DNA of 63,025 nucleotides, counting the filler, from Saprolegnia diclina VS20 (lineage: Eukaryota), in NCBI RefSeq assembly GCF_000281045.1. It is 7 parts of 2 records of this genome, joined end to end, with 100 filler letters (N's around TTAATTAATTAA, not from the genome) between each part and the next. Parts side by side here need not be neighbours in the genome. Positions count along the whole stretch, not along the records: positions 1 to 10,951 come from NW_008246110.1; positions 11,052 to 32,664 come from NW_008246111.1; 5 more parts are not named here. One strand, given 5' to 3'. Below the pieces are notes generated by a model. It was not told the DNA's origin, ran no database searches, and was given only the letters and a program-made list of their open reading frames with translations. The position numbers were made by a program, and so were the translations under genes. Positions within the stretch are counted from its first letter, which is position 1. The number at the start of each line of letters is the position of its first letter. Of the stretch, positions 1 to 11,493 are shown one piece after another.

Positions 1-334
1 CTTCGTCGACGAGCGGCGCAACGACAGCGGCGTAGAGGTCGGCGTTCGAGGAGGCTTCGCGGAACGTACCGCTGAGACCACGGAACGTGCGCGACCGCTT
101 AGGCTTGGACTTGGGCACCATGATGCCATCGAGGATCTCGACGAATTCAATGTCGTCGTTGGGCGTCGGAGGCGTTGTCAGCGTGAGTTCCGAAGGCGCG
201 GACTCCGTGAGCGAGAGCGGAACGTCGTCGCGCTCGACCTCACACGGTACCATCGGGCGGATGCGCAGGTAGACTTTGACGCGCTTTGTCTTCTGCGCGC
301 GGGGCTTCTTGGCGGCGATCGACGTCGGCGACAT
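1..334 (-). CDS. Kinesin motor protein, 5' part (runs off the window); paralogue of 1640..3010
   Basis: Manual translation from the ATG at 334: MSPTSIAAKKPRAQKTKRVKVYLRIRPMVPCEVERDD...VEILDGIMVPKSKPKRSRTF... It carries the kinesin beta1 motif (V.LRIRP) and is collinear with the neighbour (KRVDVHVRIRP...VPKSKPKR). Not in the ORF track. Confidence 0.85.
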   Translation of the reverse strand, partial: MSPTSIAAKKPRAQKTKRVKVYLRIRPMVPCEVERDDVPLSLTESAPSELTLTTPPTPNDDIEFVEILDGIMVPKSKPKRSRTFRGLSGTFREASSNADLYAAVVAPLVDE

Positions 335-1639
335 GGTCGAAAAAGGGAAATGGGCAATGACGACGACACGATGGGACAGAATGTGTGTGTGAGAATGCTG
401 GTACCTCGGAACCATCCGACCCATTCTAATAAACGCTGGTCCTTGGCACGAACACTCTTGAGGCTTTGGTGACCATTGCTTGCATTCGCGTTTCTAATCT
501 GTGTATTCTACGGTCGTAGAAGTGTGAGCAGATCGTGGGGCCGAGCTCTTGCTCTTGGAGCAGTTTACGCAATCAAGTACTAGTACCCTACAGTAGTTTT
601 TCGGTGGCTCCAATGGCGCCATCGAGCTGTAGGGCACTATATGAGTACCTACCCTCTTAGCAAGGTCCTGGCGCATGGTTCGCGATATTGAATGCCACCG
701 TGCGTCGTCACCATTCAGAGTCCATCCGAAGCGTTGGCACGTGTCTTTGGCACGATATCAGCACTGATAATAGCGTCGGAAGGCAGTGTCGTCGCAACGG
801 GCATAAATCCAAGGCCATAAACTATGGTCGTATTAAAACAAAGGAAATACTAGCGTGCATAAACGCAGGCTTTGTGGGAGGCGCGTTTTTCTAGGGAGCG
901 AAATAGGTTGTTTGAAGTGAAATCGCTCCATGACGCGTGGGGATGATGGACAAAGTTGGACCCCGGGTGCAATGCAGTGGAAACGGAATGCCATCAATCT
1001 CAACATAAACTCATTTCGTCGCTTTTTAGATTCGACGAAAATACCACCACGAATGCCAAGCCTCGCGTCCATCGCGGGCTGTGAATCGCGCATGCGCTAT
1101 CTCTCTCGACTCGCAGAACGAATAGCAAACAGTTTCAAAAATCCGTGCGTTCGCCCACATTAAGCACTTGGTCGTTGCCTGCATTTCGCACTCGGTTGAG
1201 ATTTGTTAAGGGTCCTTTCGCTCCTAAATCCCTCTCACCTCGCCACGTTCGGCCGATGCGACCGGTCGCTGACGACCGTCCAAGATCTCCTGTTCTCCAA
1301 TCACCGCCGTTTCTTTCGCGGAATGCATGTGTACAACCATCATTCTGTGCTATTATTAGAGTCTTTAAATAGTGTTAGTGCACAGGGTACTCGTCCATAA
1401 CCTTGCCGTGCCTGCACATATACAGTGCTAGTACGCTTGCAGCGCGCAGCCCCGCTCCTGATACACGCCCGTGCAAGCAATACTCATCGCCATCAACTCT
1501 CCATAGTCTGTTGAACACCGCATCGGTTACCATGATCCAATAACCATTTCCGAAATGTAATAAATAGTGTACTCAATAAGAACACTATTTCATGTCGATT
1601 TAGGTTTCGATCCACCAAGCTCAGTGTGCAAGCAGCGGG

Positions 1640-3010
1640 ATGAAGGGAAAGGCCAAGCGCGTCGACGTGCATGTTCGCATCCGGCCGCTCGTCGGCGACG
1701 AGGTCGACCGAGGTGATGAAGAGCTGCTCTTCGAGACGCCGGCGCCGTCAACGCTGGTCGTCGAGGCGCCCAAGACCGACGCGGACGACGTCGACTACGT
1801 CGAGGTGCTCGGCTTCACCGTGCCCAAGTCCAAGCCGAAGCGGCGCAAGACGTACCGGTACTTTGCCTCGATTCAGCGCGACAAGACCAACGGCGAGTTC
1901 TTCGAAGCCGCGGTGGGCCCGCTTGTGGCGACGGCGCTCGACGGCCGCACGGCGTGTGTCTTTGCCTATGGTCACACGGGCTCGGGCAAGACGCACACGA
2001 TCCTCGGCTACGGCAACGAGCGGGGCATGTACGACCTCGCGACGGTTCAGCTCTTTGGTGCGCTCGACGAACTCAACGAGCGCAATTCCGAGCCGCGCGA
2101 TGTGCTCCAGGTGCAAGTCCGCTTTAACGAGATCTACAACGGCGAAGTCTACGACCTCCTCAACGACTCGGCGAAATGTTTTGTGCGCGAAGACGCGCAT
2201 GGCAAGATCCAGATCCGCGGCGAGCTCGTGACGGACGACGAGACGGGCTTGGTCAAGCCGTCATCCAGCGCTACCCGCGTCGCGACGACCGCCGGTGAGC
2301 TTTGGGACGTTGTCCAGGTCGGCATGCGCGCGCGCTCGACCGGCAACTCGAACGTCCACCGCGCTAGCTCCCGGTCGCATGCGCTTCTCGAGCTCGAGAT
2401 TGTGACTGATCGCATTCTGCGCCTCCGCGAGGACGTGATCGAAGTCGAAGCCGCCCTCACGCGCGTTGGCCACGAGCGAGATACGCTCGAGATGGACATC
2501 TTTGTACGCCAGCACGATAAAGTTGAGGGCAAGTGGGTCAAGAAGGCCGACGCTCGCGGCGCGTCGCAGGACGAGTGCTCGCTCCTTCTCGACCTCCGCA
2601 AGGAGCTCGTGCAGCTTGACAAGGCGATCGAGGCCGCGCATGGCGCTGTGGCCGCGGCGCAGGCGGCGGGCGCCCCGTGCCTCGGTGGCACGCTCGTCTT
2701 TGTCGACCTCGCAGGCTCGGAGCACGCTGGCAGCGCGTCGGACGGCATCGTCAAGAACGAGACGGAGCAGCAAGAGTGCCGTGAGATCAACAAGTCGCTG
2801 AGCGCCCTCAAGGCCTGCTTTCGGTCGCAGGCCAAGAACCTCTCGAGCACGAGCTGCTACCGCAACTCCAAACTGACGCTTCTCCTCCGCGACCACTTTC
2901 GTACTGCGCAGTCCAAGACGATGATGGTGGGCACGATCTCGCCCTCGAGCGTCCACGCCGTGCAGACCACGCACACGCTTCAGTACGCCCAGCTCGTCGG
3001 CGAGCCCTAG
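1640..3010 (+). CDS. Kinesin motor-domain protein (456 aa, no tail, about 93-aa insert in the motor)
   Basis: RIRP, P-loop GHTGSGKT, switch I SSRSH, switch II DLAGSE, EINKSL, YRNSKLT.LL. Confidence 0.95.
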   Translation: MKGKAKRVDVHVRIRPLVGDEVDRGDEELLFETPAPSTLVVEAPKTDADDVDYVEVLGFTVPKSKPKRRKTYRYFASIQRDKTNGEFFEAAVGPLVATALDGRTACVFAYGHTGSGKTHTILGYGNERGMYDLATVQLFGALDELNERNSEPRDVLQVQVRFNEIYNGEVYDLLNDSAKCFVREDAHGKIQIRGELVTDDETGLVKPSSSATRVATTAGELWDVVQVGMRARSTGNSNVHRASSRSHALLELEIVTDRILRLREDVIEVEAALTRVGHERDTLEMDIFVRQHDKVEGKWVKKADARGASQDECSLLLDLRKELVQLDKAIEAAHGAVAAAQAAGAPCLGGTLVFVDLAGSEHAGSASDGIVKNETEQQECREINKSLSALKACFRSQAKNLSSTSCYRNSKLTLLLRDHFRTAQSKTMMVGTISPSSVHAVQTTHTLQYAQLVGEP

Positions 3011-3370
3011 CATTGTGCCACGTCATCGCTGCCTTGGTTTTTATATTGCATTTTATCCCATTCAAATCGCAAGATATGATTCTACGTTTCATTTAAAATC
3101 CATTACCTATGTATATTCGGCATGTGCCGAATCAACATGCTGGCATGGAGGACGCACCTTGAGCGCTGCGCACGGGCCAGGGGTGAATAAGAGCTCGCTC
3201 CAGGCACCAACAGTGTACGATGCCGGTACGCTTGCTTTGCATCAATAGCCCTCATGCTGCGGCGAGGGTATGGGCGACATGGTGGTAACATGCAGCGAAG
3301 ATGCCGAATTTAAGAAAGTAGATGCCGAATGCTACAATCCGGGACGCCATTTCACTAGATTGCGGGCAAG

Positions 3371-6135
3371 ATGACGGCGCAGCGCTGGCAGGGCTCGCGC
3401 AGTGACTATGCGCGGGCAGACGCGATACCCGCGACGCTCCGACACAAGGTCTTCCACGACAACGTCACGCCGCACTGGTCGTCCGACAGCACCCGCTTCT
3501 GGTACCTCCGGGCGATGCCGCCGCCGCAAGCGCCCGAGTTGCACTTTATCGACTGCCGCCGTGGCGTGCGGTACGTCGACGCCGCCCGGCTCCAGCTCGC
3601 GATCGCGACGCACATGGGCATGCCCGAGGTGCAGCTCACGCGCGCGACGTTCGTCGACGACATGGACCATCTCGTGCGCGTGGCTGTCACAACTGCGTCG
3701 GGTATGCTAGCTCTTCGTGCATCCGCCGCATCCATATCCGCGCATGTAGGTTCGCGCTGGTTCCTCTGCGATGTACACTCGTACGACGTGGATATGGAGC
3801 CCACCGATGTGTCGGGCGACGTCGCCTCGAAAGCGACTGCCATGGTCTCGACGAATGGCGGGGCCGAGATCAACCTCGTCGTCGCCAACGCCTACAGCGC
3901 CCCGATCGTCATGCGCTGGGTCGACACGGACGGTGCGCTATCTGCTCGAGGCCTTTCATGCACCGTGCGGTAGGTGAGACCCATCAGTACAGCGAGATCC
4001 GCCCAGGCGGCGAAGCCAAGCAGCACACGTACGAAGGCCATGTGTGGCAACTCGTCCACATCGAGAGCGACATGATCCTGGCGTGGTATCGAGGCGCAGG
4101 CCATAGCGAGCGCATTGAGCTCCGAGGGCCCGACGCCATCGTCACGTCGGTGCTTGTGGACGACGAGACGCCATCAACGGACGCATTCAATGTTGTGGTC
4201 GATGGCGTTGGCCTGACGACCGACGGCAGCTCGCTCTTGCAGTACGAAGACGTGACGATTTGTCCGCAAAAGGCGTACATTGCCTGCTTTCGCGTGCACT
4301 ACCCGGCGGTACACGCGGCCAGAGCTACCGGAGGCTTCATGCAAGAACCTTAGCAACCGCGACAGCTCACTCTGCTCGAGATGGCGGCGCAAACGACCGA
4401 CCCGCGAACAATGGACGTCTCGGCGCGCGTCCAGACACACAAGTACCTCAAGCCGGGCGATCCGCTGCCCTATCACGAACCGCTCTTGATTGAGATTGCC
4501 GTATCTCACATTGCACTTTTGGTATAGTGTCATATTCCGACGTGCGTAGACACAGCGCGTCATTGCTGTTCAGTCGCCGGACCTCTTTGCTGCAAGCTAC
4601 AGCAACACGCAGTGGCACTGGCACCCGAGTGGGGACTGGGCCTTTTTCCTGCACGATGCCCGCGGCCACCAGTGCCAGCGTCTTATTGCAGTGCACGCCA
4701 GCACGGGGCAGGTGCGCTACTCAGTCTCATTATATTATTGCCCTATCGCATGTGGTTTTCATAATATTGGGATAGAGTAAAATGCTCGTGGAAGAGACTA
4801 GTGAGACGTTTGTCGACCACCCGCGCACGTACCTCAAGTACTTGCCGATGTCGAATGAGATTCTGTGGTCGTCGGAGCGATCTGGGTACCGACATTTGTA
4901 CCTCTACACGCTTCCGTCGCGCTTCCAGGAGCTCGACCGTCTCTGCGCTTTTACACTCACCCAAGGCCCCTTTGTTGTCTCGGGCGTCACTGTGATCGAT
5001 GAAACGGAGCGCAGTGCGGTCCTTAGCGTCCGCGGGTTCGATGACACGATGGATCCGTACTACGTCCAGTACGTACGCCTCAACCTCTCGACGCGGGCGC
5101 TCACGCGTCTAACAATGGCTGATGCAACCCACGACCCACCTCGCTTCTCACCCGACAAGAGCGTCTACCTCGATCGGTGCGCTATCTTGAGTACCCTACC
5201 CCTAACCTAACCCTGGAATGTTGGCTAGCTACTCGCGCATCGACTTGCCGCCGATGGTCGAGCTGCGTCGGACTGTCGATGGCGCCCTCTTGTTGCACGT
5301 CGAGTCGGCCGACATTGCGGCACTACTTGCGACCGGGTGGCAGCCGCCGATGCGGTTTGACGTCGCTGGCCGTGACGGCACCACGCGCATCTATGGCATT
5401 GTCGTGCTCCCGCTGATGACGGCGCCACCGACTCGGCCGTTCCGAGTGATTGAGAAGATCTACGCGGGCCCGCACGATGCCTTTGTGCCCAAGAGCTGGA
5501 ACCTCTGCCTCGAGATGCGAGCGCTCGCAGAGCTCGGTTTTGCTGTCGTTCAGATCGACGGTATGGGCACGGCCCAGCGCTCCAAGGCCTTCCACGACGT
5601 CTGCTACCGCAACCTCCTGGACGCGGGCCTTCCCGACCGCGTGCGCTGGCTCGCCGCCGTCGCTGCCAAGTGTCCAATGCTTCTTGATGTCAGCTCTGGC
5701 GTTGGCATTTATGGCGGGTCGGCCGGTGGTCAGAGCGCAGTGGCTGCCCTGCTGACGCACGGCGACGTGTACCATGTAGCGGCCGCCGACTGCGGCTGCC
5801 ACGACAACCGCGTCGACAAGCTGTGGTGGAACGAGCTTTTTATGGGACACCCAGTTACCGCGTGCTACGCAGCCAACGCCAACATAACGCACGTCCAGCG
5901 CTTGGACTCGCGACGCCAAAAGCTCCTCCTCACCGTCGGTCTCCTCGATACAAACGTCGACCCCGCATCGACGTTTCAGCTCGCGCAAGCGCTCATGGAC
6001 GCCGACAAGGACTTTGAGCTGCTGCCATTTCCGCGTCTTGGACACGGGGCCGGCGACAGCGCGTACGGAAAGCGAAAGCGCATGGATTTCTTTGTGCAGC
6101 ATTTGCTTGGGACCGTCCCGCGCCACGGCGACTAA
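3371..6135 (+). CDS. Dipeptidyl-peptidase IV-like S9 peptidase, multi-exon, with a VHL-beta-like insert
   Basis: Nucleophile GGSAGG, Asp in DTNV, His in LGHG; DPP-IV N-terminal motifs YLKPGD and SERSGYRHLYLY. Introns approx. 3702-3749, 3933-3973, 4309-4353, 4501-4549, 4712-4775, 5177-5229. Confidence 0.9.
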
Positions 6136-6902
6136 CCCTGCGTTTGGAAACGAAACATATAGAACTGTTTTGTTGATTTTGGTGGCGAGGGGTAGGGTAT
6201 CACGCGTCTCGTACAGCAAGACGATCTAGTAGCGCAGAGTCGCTACTTTATTGCAAAACGGTGGCCAACGATGTATGCACGGAGGCAACAGCGATGCAAG
6301 CAAGCATGTATCCATCGCTACGCGAGACGGCAAAGACCATTCGATTGGCGCTGAAACCGCGAAGCGCAGTAGTCGCTGGCCCCTTTGTAGAGAGGCGCAT
6401 TTGAAAGCTGCACGACCATTCGACCCTTGGGTGACCTAACGCTTTTGTGCAGTTCTGTGCCGACGGTGGTGGACGCAAGGTACTCAAGATGAGTGGAAAT
6501 GAGAGTAACACGATCGACAAGCAGCTCGCCTAGCCCTACGCATGGCCAAGACGTCGTGGAACTTCAACTCGCGCCCAGTGCAGAGCTGCAAGCGCAATGT
6601 CGTGTCGTAAAAATTCGGGTCCACGGAGGGATGCTCTGGCATTTGTGGTTATAGAAAAGGTGTATTTAACATGGCAGTTTACCGGAACGTTCTTGCGCTG
6701 CTTGGCGCGGTCGCAAAACACTGGGCTCAAGTCGCTCGAGCAATTCTCGGCGAGCACGACGGAGTTGGTAAAGACTGATTTGGATTGGCGATGGAGCCCA
6801 AAGCGTCCAAAGGTCGCCCCAACGGATATCAAACCCTTATTCTATCCCTTGGGTCGCCCAAACGAAACCATTTTCCAACGGTTGGGTATCAGGGCGGAAG
6901 AG

Positions 6903-9900
6903 ATGGTGGGGCTGAAGATACTCTCAACGTCGACCAAGCGCTGGCTAGGCCTCTCTTACCTCGGCGCTTCGATGGGTACGAGTATCTGGTTCCTCGATAT
7001 TGTCGGTCCGGGTCTCGCCAACGACCTCTTCTGGCCAGGTTTTGACCCCACGTCGGCGCAGACGTACCTCATCGACGTCTTCAACCGCCACCTCAGCGTC
7101 TCCAGCGCCTCGGAGATTGACCTCTTTGACCCCAGCGAGGCTATTCTCAAGACGTACAGCCTTCCGTCGACAACGGCGTTCGCGAAACCCACGTACCCTC
7201 GTGCTCGTGCGTTGGTCGAGTACACGTCGGTGGCCGATGCGATCATTGGCTTTCAGTCGCTCGATCCAGACTACGTCTTCAACTTGTTTACGTTGTACTG
7301 CTGGGCCGACTTTGAAAAGCGCTGGGAGGTCGCTCATACGGCGGCGCGTCAAGCCCGGTGTGCTGCTACGATGGCTGACAATGGGGCGGTGTACCTTGAG
7401 GCGTTCCTTCGCAATGTTCACTGGGACGCGTGGTACCCGATCTACGGTGCCAGTGTCGACTCTGCGGTCGCCGACGCGATTACAATCACATCAGAAGGCC
7501 GTGACTGGTACAAGAGTCTCCAGAACGCGTACCAGACTCTGGAGAGCGAAGAGGCGTACTGGAAATCGCACCAGATTTCGCATTTCCAGCTGCAGTGGAA
7601 CAACTACGCGCAGCTCAGCGTGCAAGAGTCCATCTCGGTAGTCAACGCCTTGGGCTGGCAACAAGATCTGACGATTCAGTTGATCTCATTCGGCAAACGA
7701 GGCTCCAAGTGGACGACATTTGTGCTCAACTGGGCATTTTTCGACGACCTCTGGGGCTCGGCCGTCACCAACGGAAGCCTCGTGCGCAGTGCCAGCAACT
7801 TTATGGGCGATGGACTCATGGAGATGCTCCTCAACCTCTACCCGTTCACGCCCGCGAGCGTCATTATCCACAACACGCTCGGGCCCTTTCTCAACGTTGA
7901 TTTGATGGTGGTGGCGCCACCTGCGCAGCTCGTCAATGCGTACGTGGCCATGGAAGCCGCGCTGGTCGAAGCACTTCAAACCGACCGACCGCTCTTAAAC
8001 CTCTACGCGGCGTTGCCAGCGCCACTGCTGGATCCCGTGCCGCTCTCATGGCAGAGATCCAGCTACACCTTCTTTGGCGGCAGTCCGCTCTGCCCGTTTG
8101 GCTCGGGCTTGACATTTGTGCAGCCGTCCTTTACCTTTGACGATACGTGCGGCAGTCAAGTACCAAGCCGCCTCCTCGTGGAGCCTTTGCCGGCGGTGTT
8201 TGCAGCTACAGCTATGAGACTGCTGCATCAATCCGATCTTAGCAGCTGCTCGCCTTGCAGCGCTGCGACCTCTGAAGTGTGCAACTCACTCGCGACCCAA
8301 ACCTCGGTCATCGCCAATAAGCTGCTGACAAACGCTACACTCTCTGGCCTACTGACGCCAACAGTCCAAGCTGCTGCCGATGCCATCCAGCGTCTCAACG
8401 TAGAGATCATCCAGTTTGCACGGACCCCGGGGGGAACTGAAACTGTCTTGCGCCAGCCGCTGCTGGGTGATGACACGTGGTCGTTCATGGGCTACGTGGC
8501 GCTGCACGAGTGGGTCAATGGCTACCGAGAGGTCGTCTCGTTCCAAGGCGACGTCGCCACGTTCAACTTGATGTCGGAGCGCATCGAGCCGATTCCATTT
8601 CGCGCCAAAACGATCGAAGTACCCAAAAGCACTTGCAACTACCTCTACGTGGTCGCCATTACAACGTCGGTGGCGCTCGTGGGTGTTGCCTGCATCACGG
8701 CAGCGTACGCTCTGCTTCAGCCGTCGCGCGACGTCGACGGACTCCACCTCTTGATGTACAACCGTGTCATGGGACCTGTCTGGGTCGGTCGACCATTGTT
8801 GCTGCTTCGCGCGGCGGCCGCGATTACCATGCTCAGCACGACACCTCTGGTCTTTCTCAATGAAGACAATATTGCTCGCTTTCAGTTTGCACCTCGTCCG
8901 CTAGCGCACATTGGGATTCTCGCAGGCGAAGCCACGTGGGTAACCTACGTCCTCAACGACATTTTGCTGGTCGTTGCTCGCAGACACTCGCGGTGGGCAG
9001 CACCGCTCAGCGCCTGGCTGGTGTGGCTCAGCCTTGGTCTACTTGAGATTGCTGATCCCATTCGAGCCACCGCAGCGATTCGTCGAGAGTGTACGCGAGT
9101 CAACATGGATGCTGTTTTGACGTGTCACAGCGGCGTCGTCAACCTCGGGTCTCTTGGCCGCGCGTGGCTCATTCTGGGCGTGAATGCCATTGCTATCGGG
9201 CTCTCGTACGGCGCTGTTTGGGCCTATAGGTCGCTGCAGCGAGCAGCGCTCGTGAAGTCGAGTGGGCACCCAACGCTCACGCACTTGGTTTCCGCGGGTG
9301 CCGAAGCCTTCTTGGCGCCAAAGGAAGCCGACATGTGGAGCTTGGACGCATCGACAGCGGCCATGAGTGGCTTTCTCCGCTTCCGCTTCCAGTCGCTCCG
9401 GCTCATTTTCGACACCAAGCTGTGGCTCTTCTTCTACGTCGATTCGGGTCCAGTTTTGATCAAGACCCTTGTTGGCCCGAACTCATCGATGCCAAGCATC
9501 CCTAGCACAGTCGCGGTGTCGAGCTCGGCATTTTCAAAACTCAAAGTTTGGAGTGGGCTCATCTACCTCGCGGCGACAGCGGTGGGTAGTATTTCGTACC
9601 TTCGGCTCTCGACTGTGAATTTGGCCAACGATCTGTGGTGGGCCACGTACAACACCACGGGGACGCAGACCTTTCTCTCCAACTGGTTCAACCGATATCT
9701 CCACTTCAACGCTTCTCAGCCGTCGACGCGTCTTGATCTCCCCGTCTTTGCCGACATGACAGACTATTCAAGTGCAAATTCGCTCGTGACGTATGCTCCG
9801 ACCTACGCGAGGCTCGTGCAATACGAGTCAGGAAGCAACCTTGTCATGATGATCCAAGGTCTTCGCACCATGGACGCCTGCAACGCGCCGTGGATCGCTA

Positions 9901-10951
9901 CCAGCTACTGCTGGCTCGACTTTGATCGGCAAATCGAGATGGCCAACACACTCGCTCGCCAAGCGCGATGCAACGCCAAGTACCATAGTAATGGCGCTGT
10001 CTACTTGGAGTCGATTCTCAGAAACGTCGACTGGCCCACGTTTGAGTCGTGCTGGGGCACCTCGTTTGAGATTGGGGTCGCAAAAGACATTGGCTCTCTC
10101 AAGCCCAACGGCGCTGCCTGGCTAAAGACTCTGACCAGCGGCTCCAGCCTCTCTGTGGTCGATGAAGCCAAAGTGTGGCAGTCAAAAGGTCTCACGACGT
10201 ATACGACGCAATGGCAAAACTACAAGGCACTCGGCCTCCACGACGTTTTCTCAATTGAGAACGCTTTTGGTCTGAGATACGACATGACACTCCAGTCCAA
10301 GAACGGCTCGTATCACTCGTCCATGTCGACGTCGTGGAAGACATATTGGACGTTTGCGAGTGATCTCTGGGCGATCGCAACCAATGGTTCTGGGATCGCT
10401 GGCAAGTCGCTCTTGCGGCCAAGTCCCGACTTTGCTTTTGCCAATACATCTCTCGAGGAGCTGTTGACCAGGAACGCGACGCTGCCGTCGCCACTGGGTG
10501 AAGTGCTGGGTGCTTTTCACGACGCTGTCGGTCCATTTGGCGCGGTCGATGTCTTCCACGTGGCATCCCCTCCATCGCTCGCGACGCTGCAACGCGCCGT
10601 CCGCGAAGATGTCATGCATCTCCTCACCAACGCGACCAATCAAATCCAGTCCGACTTTGGAAACCTCATCATGATGAGCTCAATGAGTCCTGTCCCAAAA
10701 CGACTGGATCAAACCGCGTACCTCTGTGCCGGTGGCAGTCTCTTTTGCGGCGAACTGCCCACGGACTTCAACTTTTCCATTGGCCTCTCGCAGTTCACGG
10801 GCGTCGATACGGTCTGCTACACGAGCTTCAACGAGTGGATCTTTGTCAACCCGATGCAAGCCATCTTTAGCGTCATTGGCGCTGGGATCGCACTCGACCC
10901 GACGCTGATTCCGGTGGCGTGTGCGGCGGAGGTCATTGCGCCTTCCCAGTG
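6903..10951 (+). CDS. Large multi-pass membrane protein of unknown function with an internal repeat of about 870 aa; 3'-truncated at the contig end
   Basis: Open frame of more than 1340 aa with several hydrophobic helices. Two homologous units start LANDLFW (about 7014) and LANDLWW (about 9621) and share YCW.DF...E.A.T.ARQARC and NGAVYLE..LRNV.W. Confidence 0.85.
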
Positions 10952-11050
10952 NNNNNNNNNNNNNNNNNNNNNNNNNNNNNNNNNNNNNNNNNNNNTTAAT
11001 TAATTAANNNNNNNNNNNNNNNNNNNNNNNNNNNNNNNNNNNNNNNNNNN
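10952..11050. other. Artificial contig linker N-TTAATTAATTAA-N (also 32665-32764, 43909-44008, 45183-45282, 52826-52925, 61830-61929)
   Basis: The same 12-mer, with stops in all six frames, sits in a roughly 100-nt N spacer six times. Confidence 0.95.
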
Positions 11051-11493
11051 NTTGACCGCGAGGCCAACTTGACGAGCGAGTTCTCATCGCAAGCGAGCAC
11101 CACGAGCGTCGGGACGACAGGCGCCGCAAGCGTGGTGGCAACCCACGTCGGCACCGACAAGAGATCGAGCAAGCCCGATGCTACCAGCGCCGCCGAATGG
11201 CGAAGCGTCCAGAGCTCCGTCGACGGCTGCACGAGCTCCTCGATCATCCCACACCATGTTCTTCGCTGCTGAGCGAGACCGCGTGGGCAAGGCCGTTGTC
11301 CGCGCGCACAAATGGAGGTCATCGTCCGTGGTGAGGAGGCGCGAAGGGCGTCCTCCACCGCGAGCACAGTCGACGCCAAGACTTTGGAGCCGACGCGGGT
11401 GAGAATCGCAACCAGCGCGTCAAGGCTGGCCTCCTGGACGCCGCCCGTCGTCGACGCAGCCTTGTCCGTGAGCTCGGCAATGAGCGGGTCCAT
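11051..11493 (-). pseudogene. Fragment of a GCN1-like HEAT-repeat C-terminus, frameshifted
   Basis: DPLIAELTDKAASTTGGVQEASLDALVAILTRVGSKV resembles the GCN1 C-terminal HEAT region as I recall it. A plausible continuation LLTTDDDL lies in another frame, and no upstream gene body is present. Confidence 0.5.

Noticed and set aside
6597..6902. Upstream extension of the membrane-protein ORF (likewise 19550, 47502, 54421, 61233)
   Set aside because: Downstream ATGs fit homology, signal peptides or promoter motifs better
10996..11007. Palindromic TTAATTAATTAA repeated six times
   Set aside because: Always embedded in N runs: an artificial all-frame-stop contig linker, not biology
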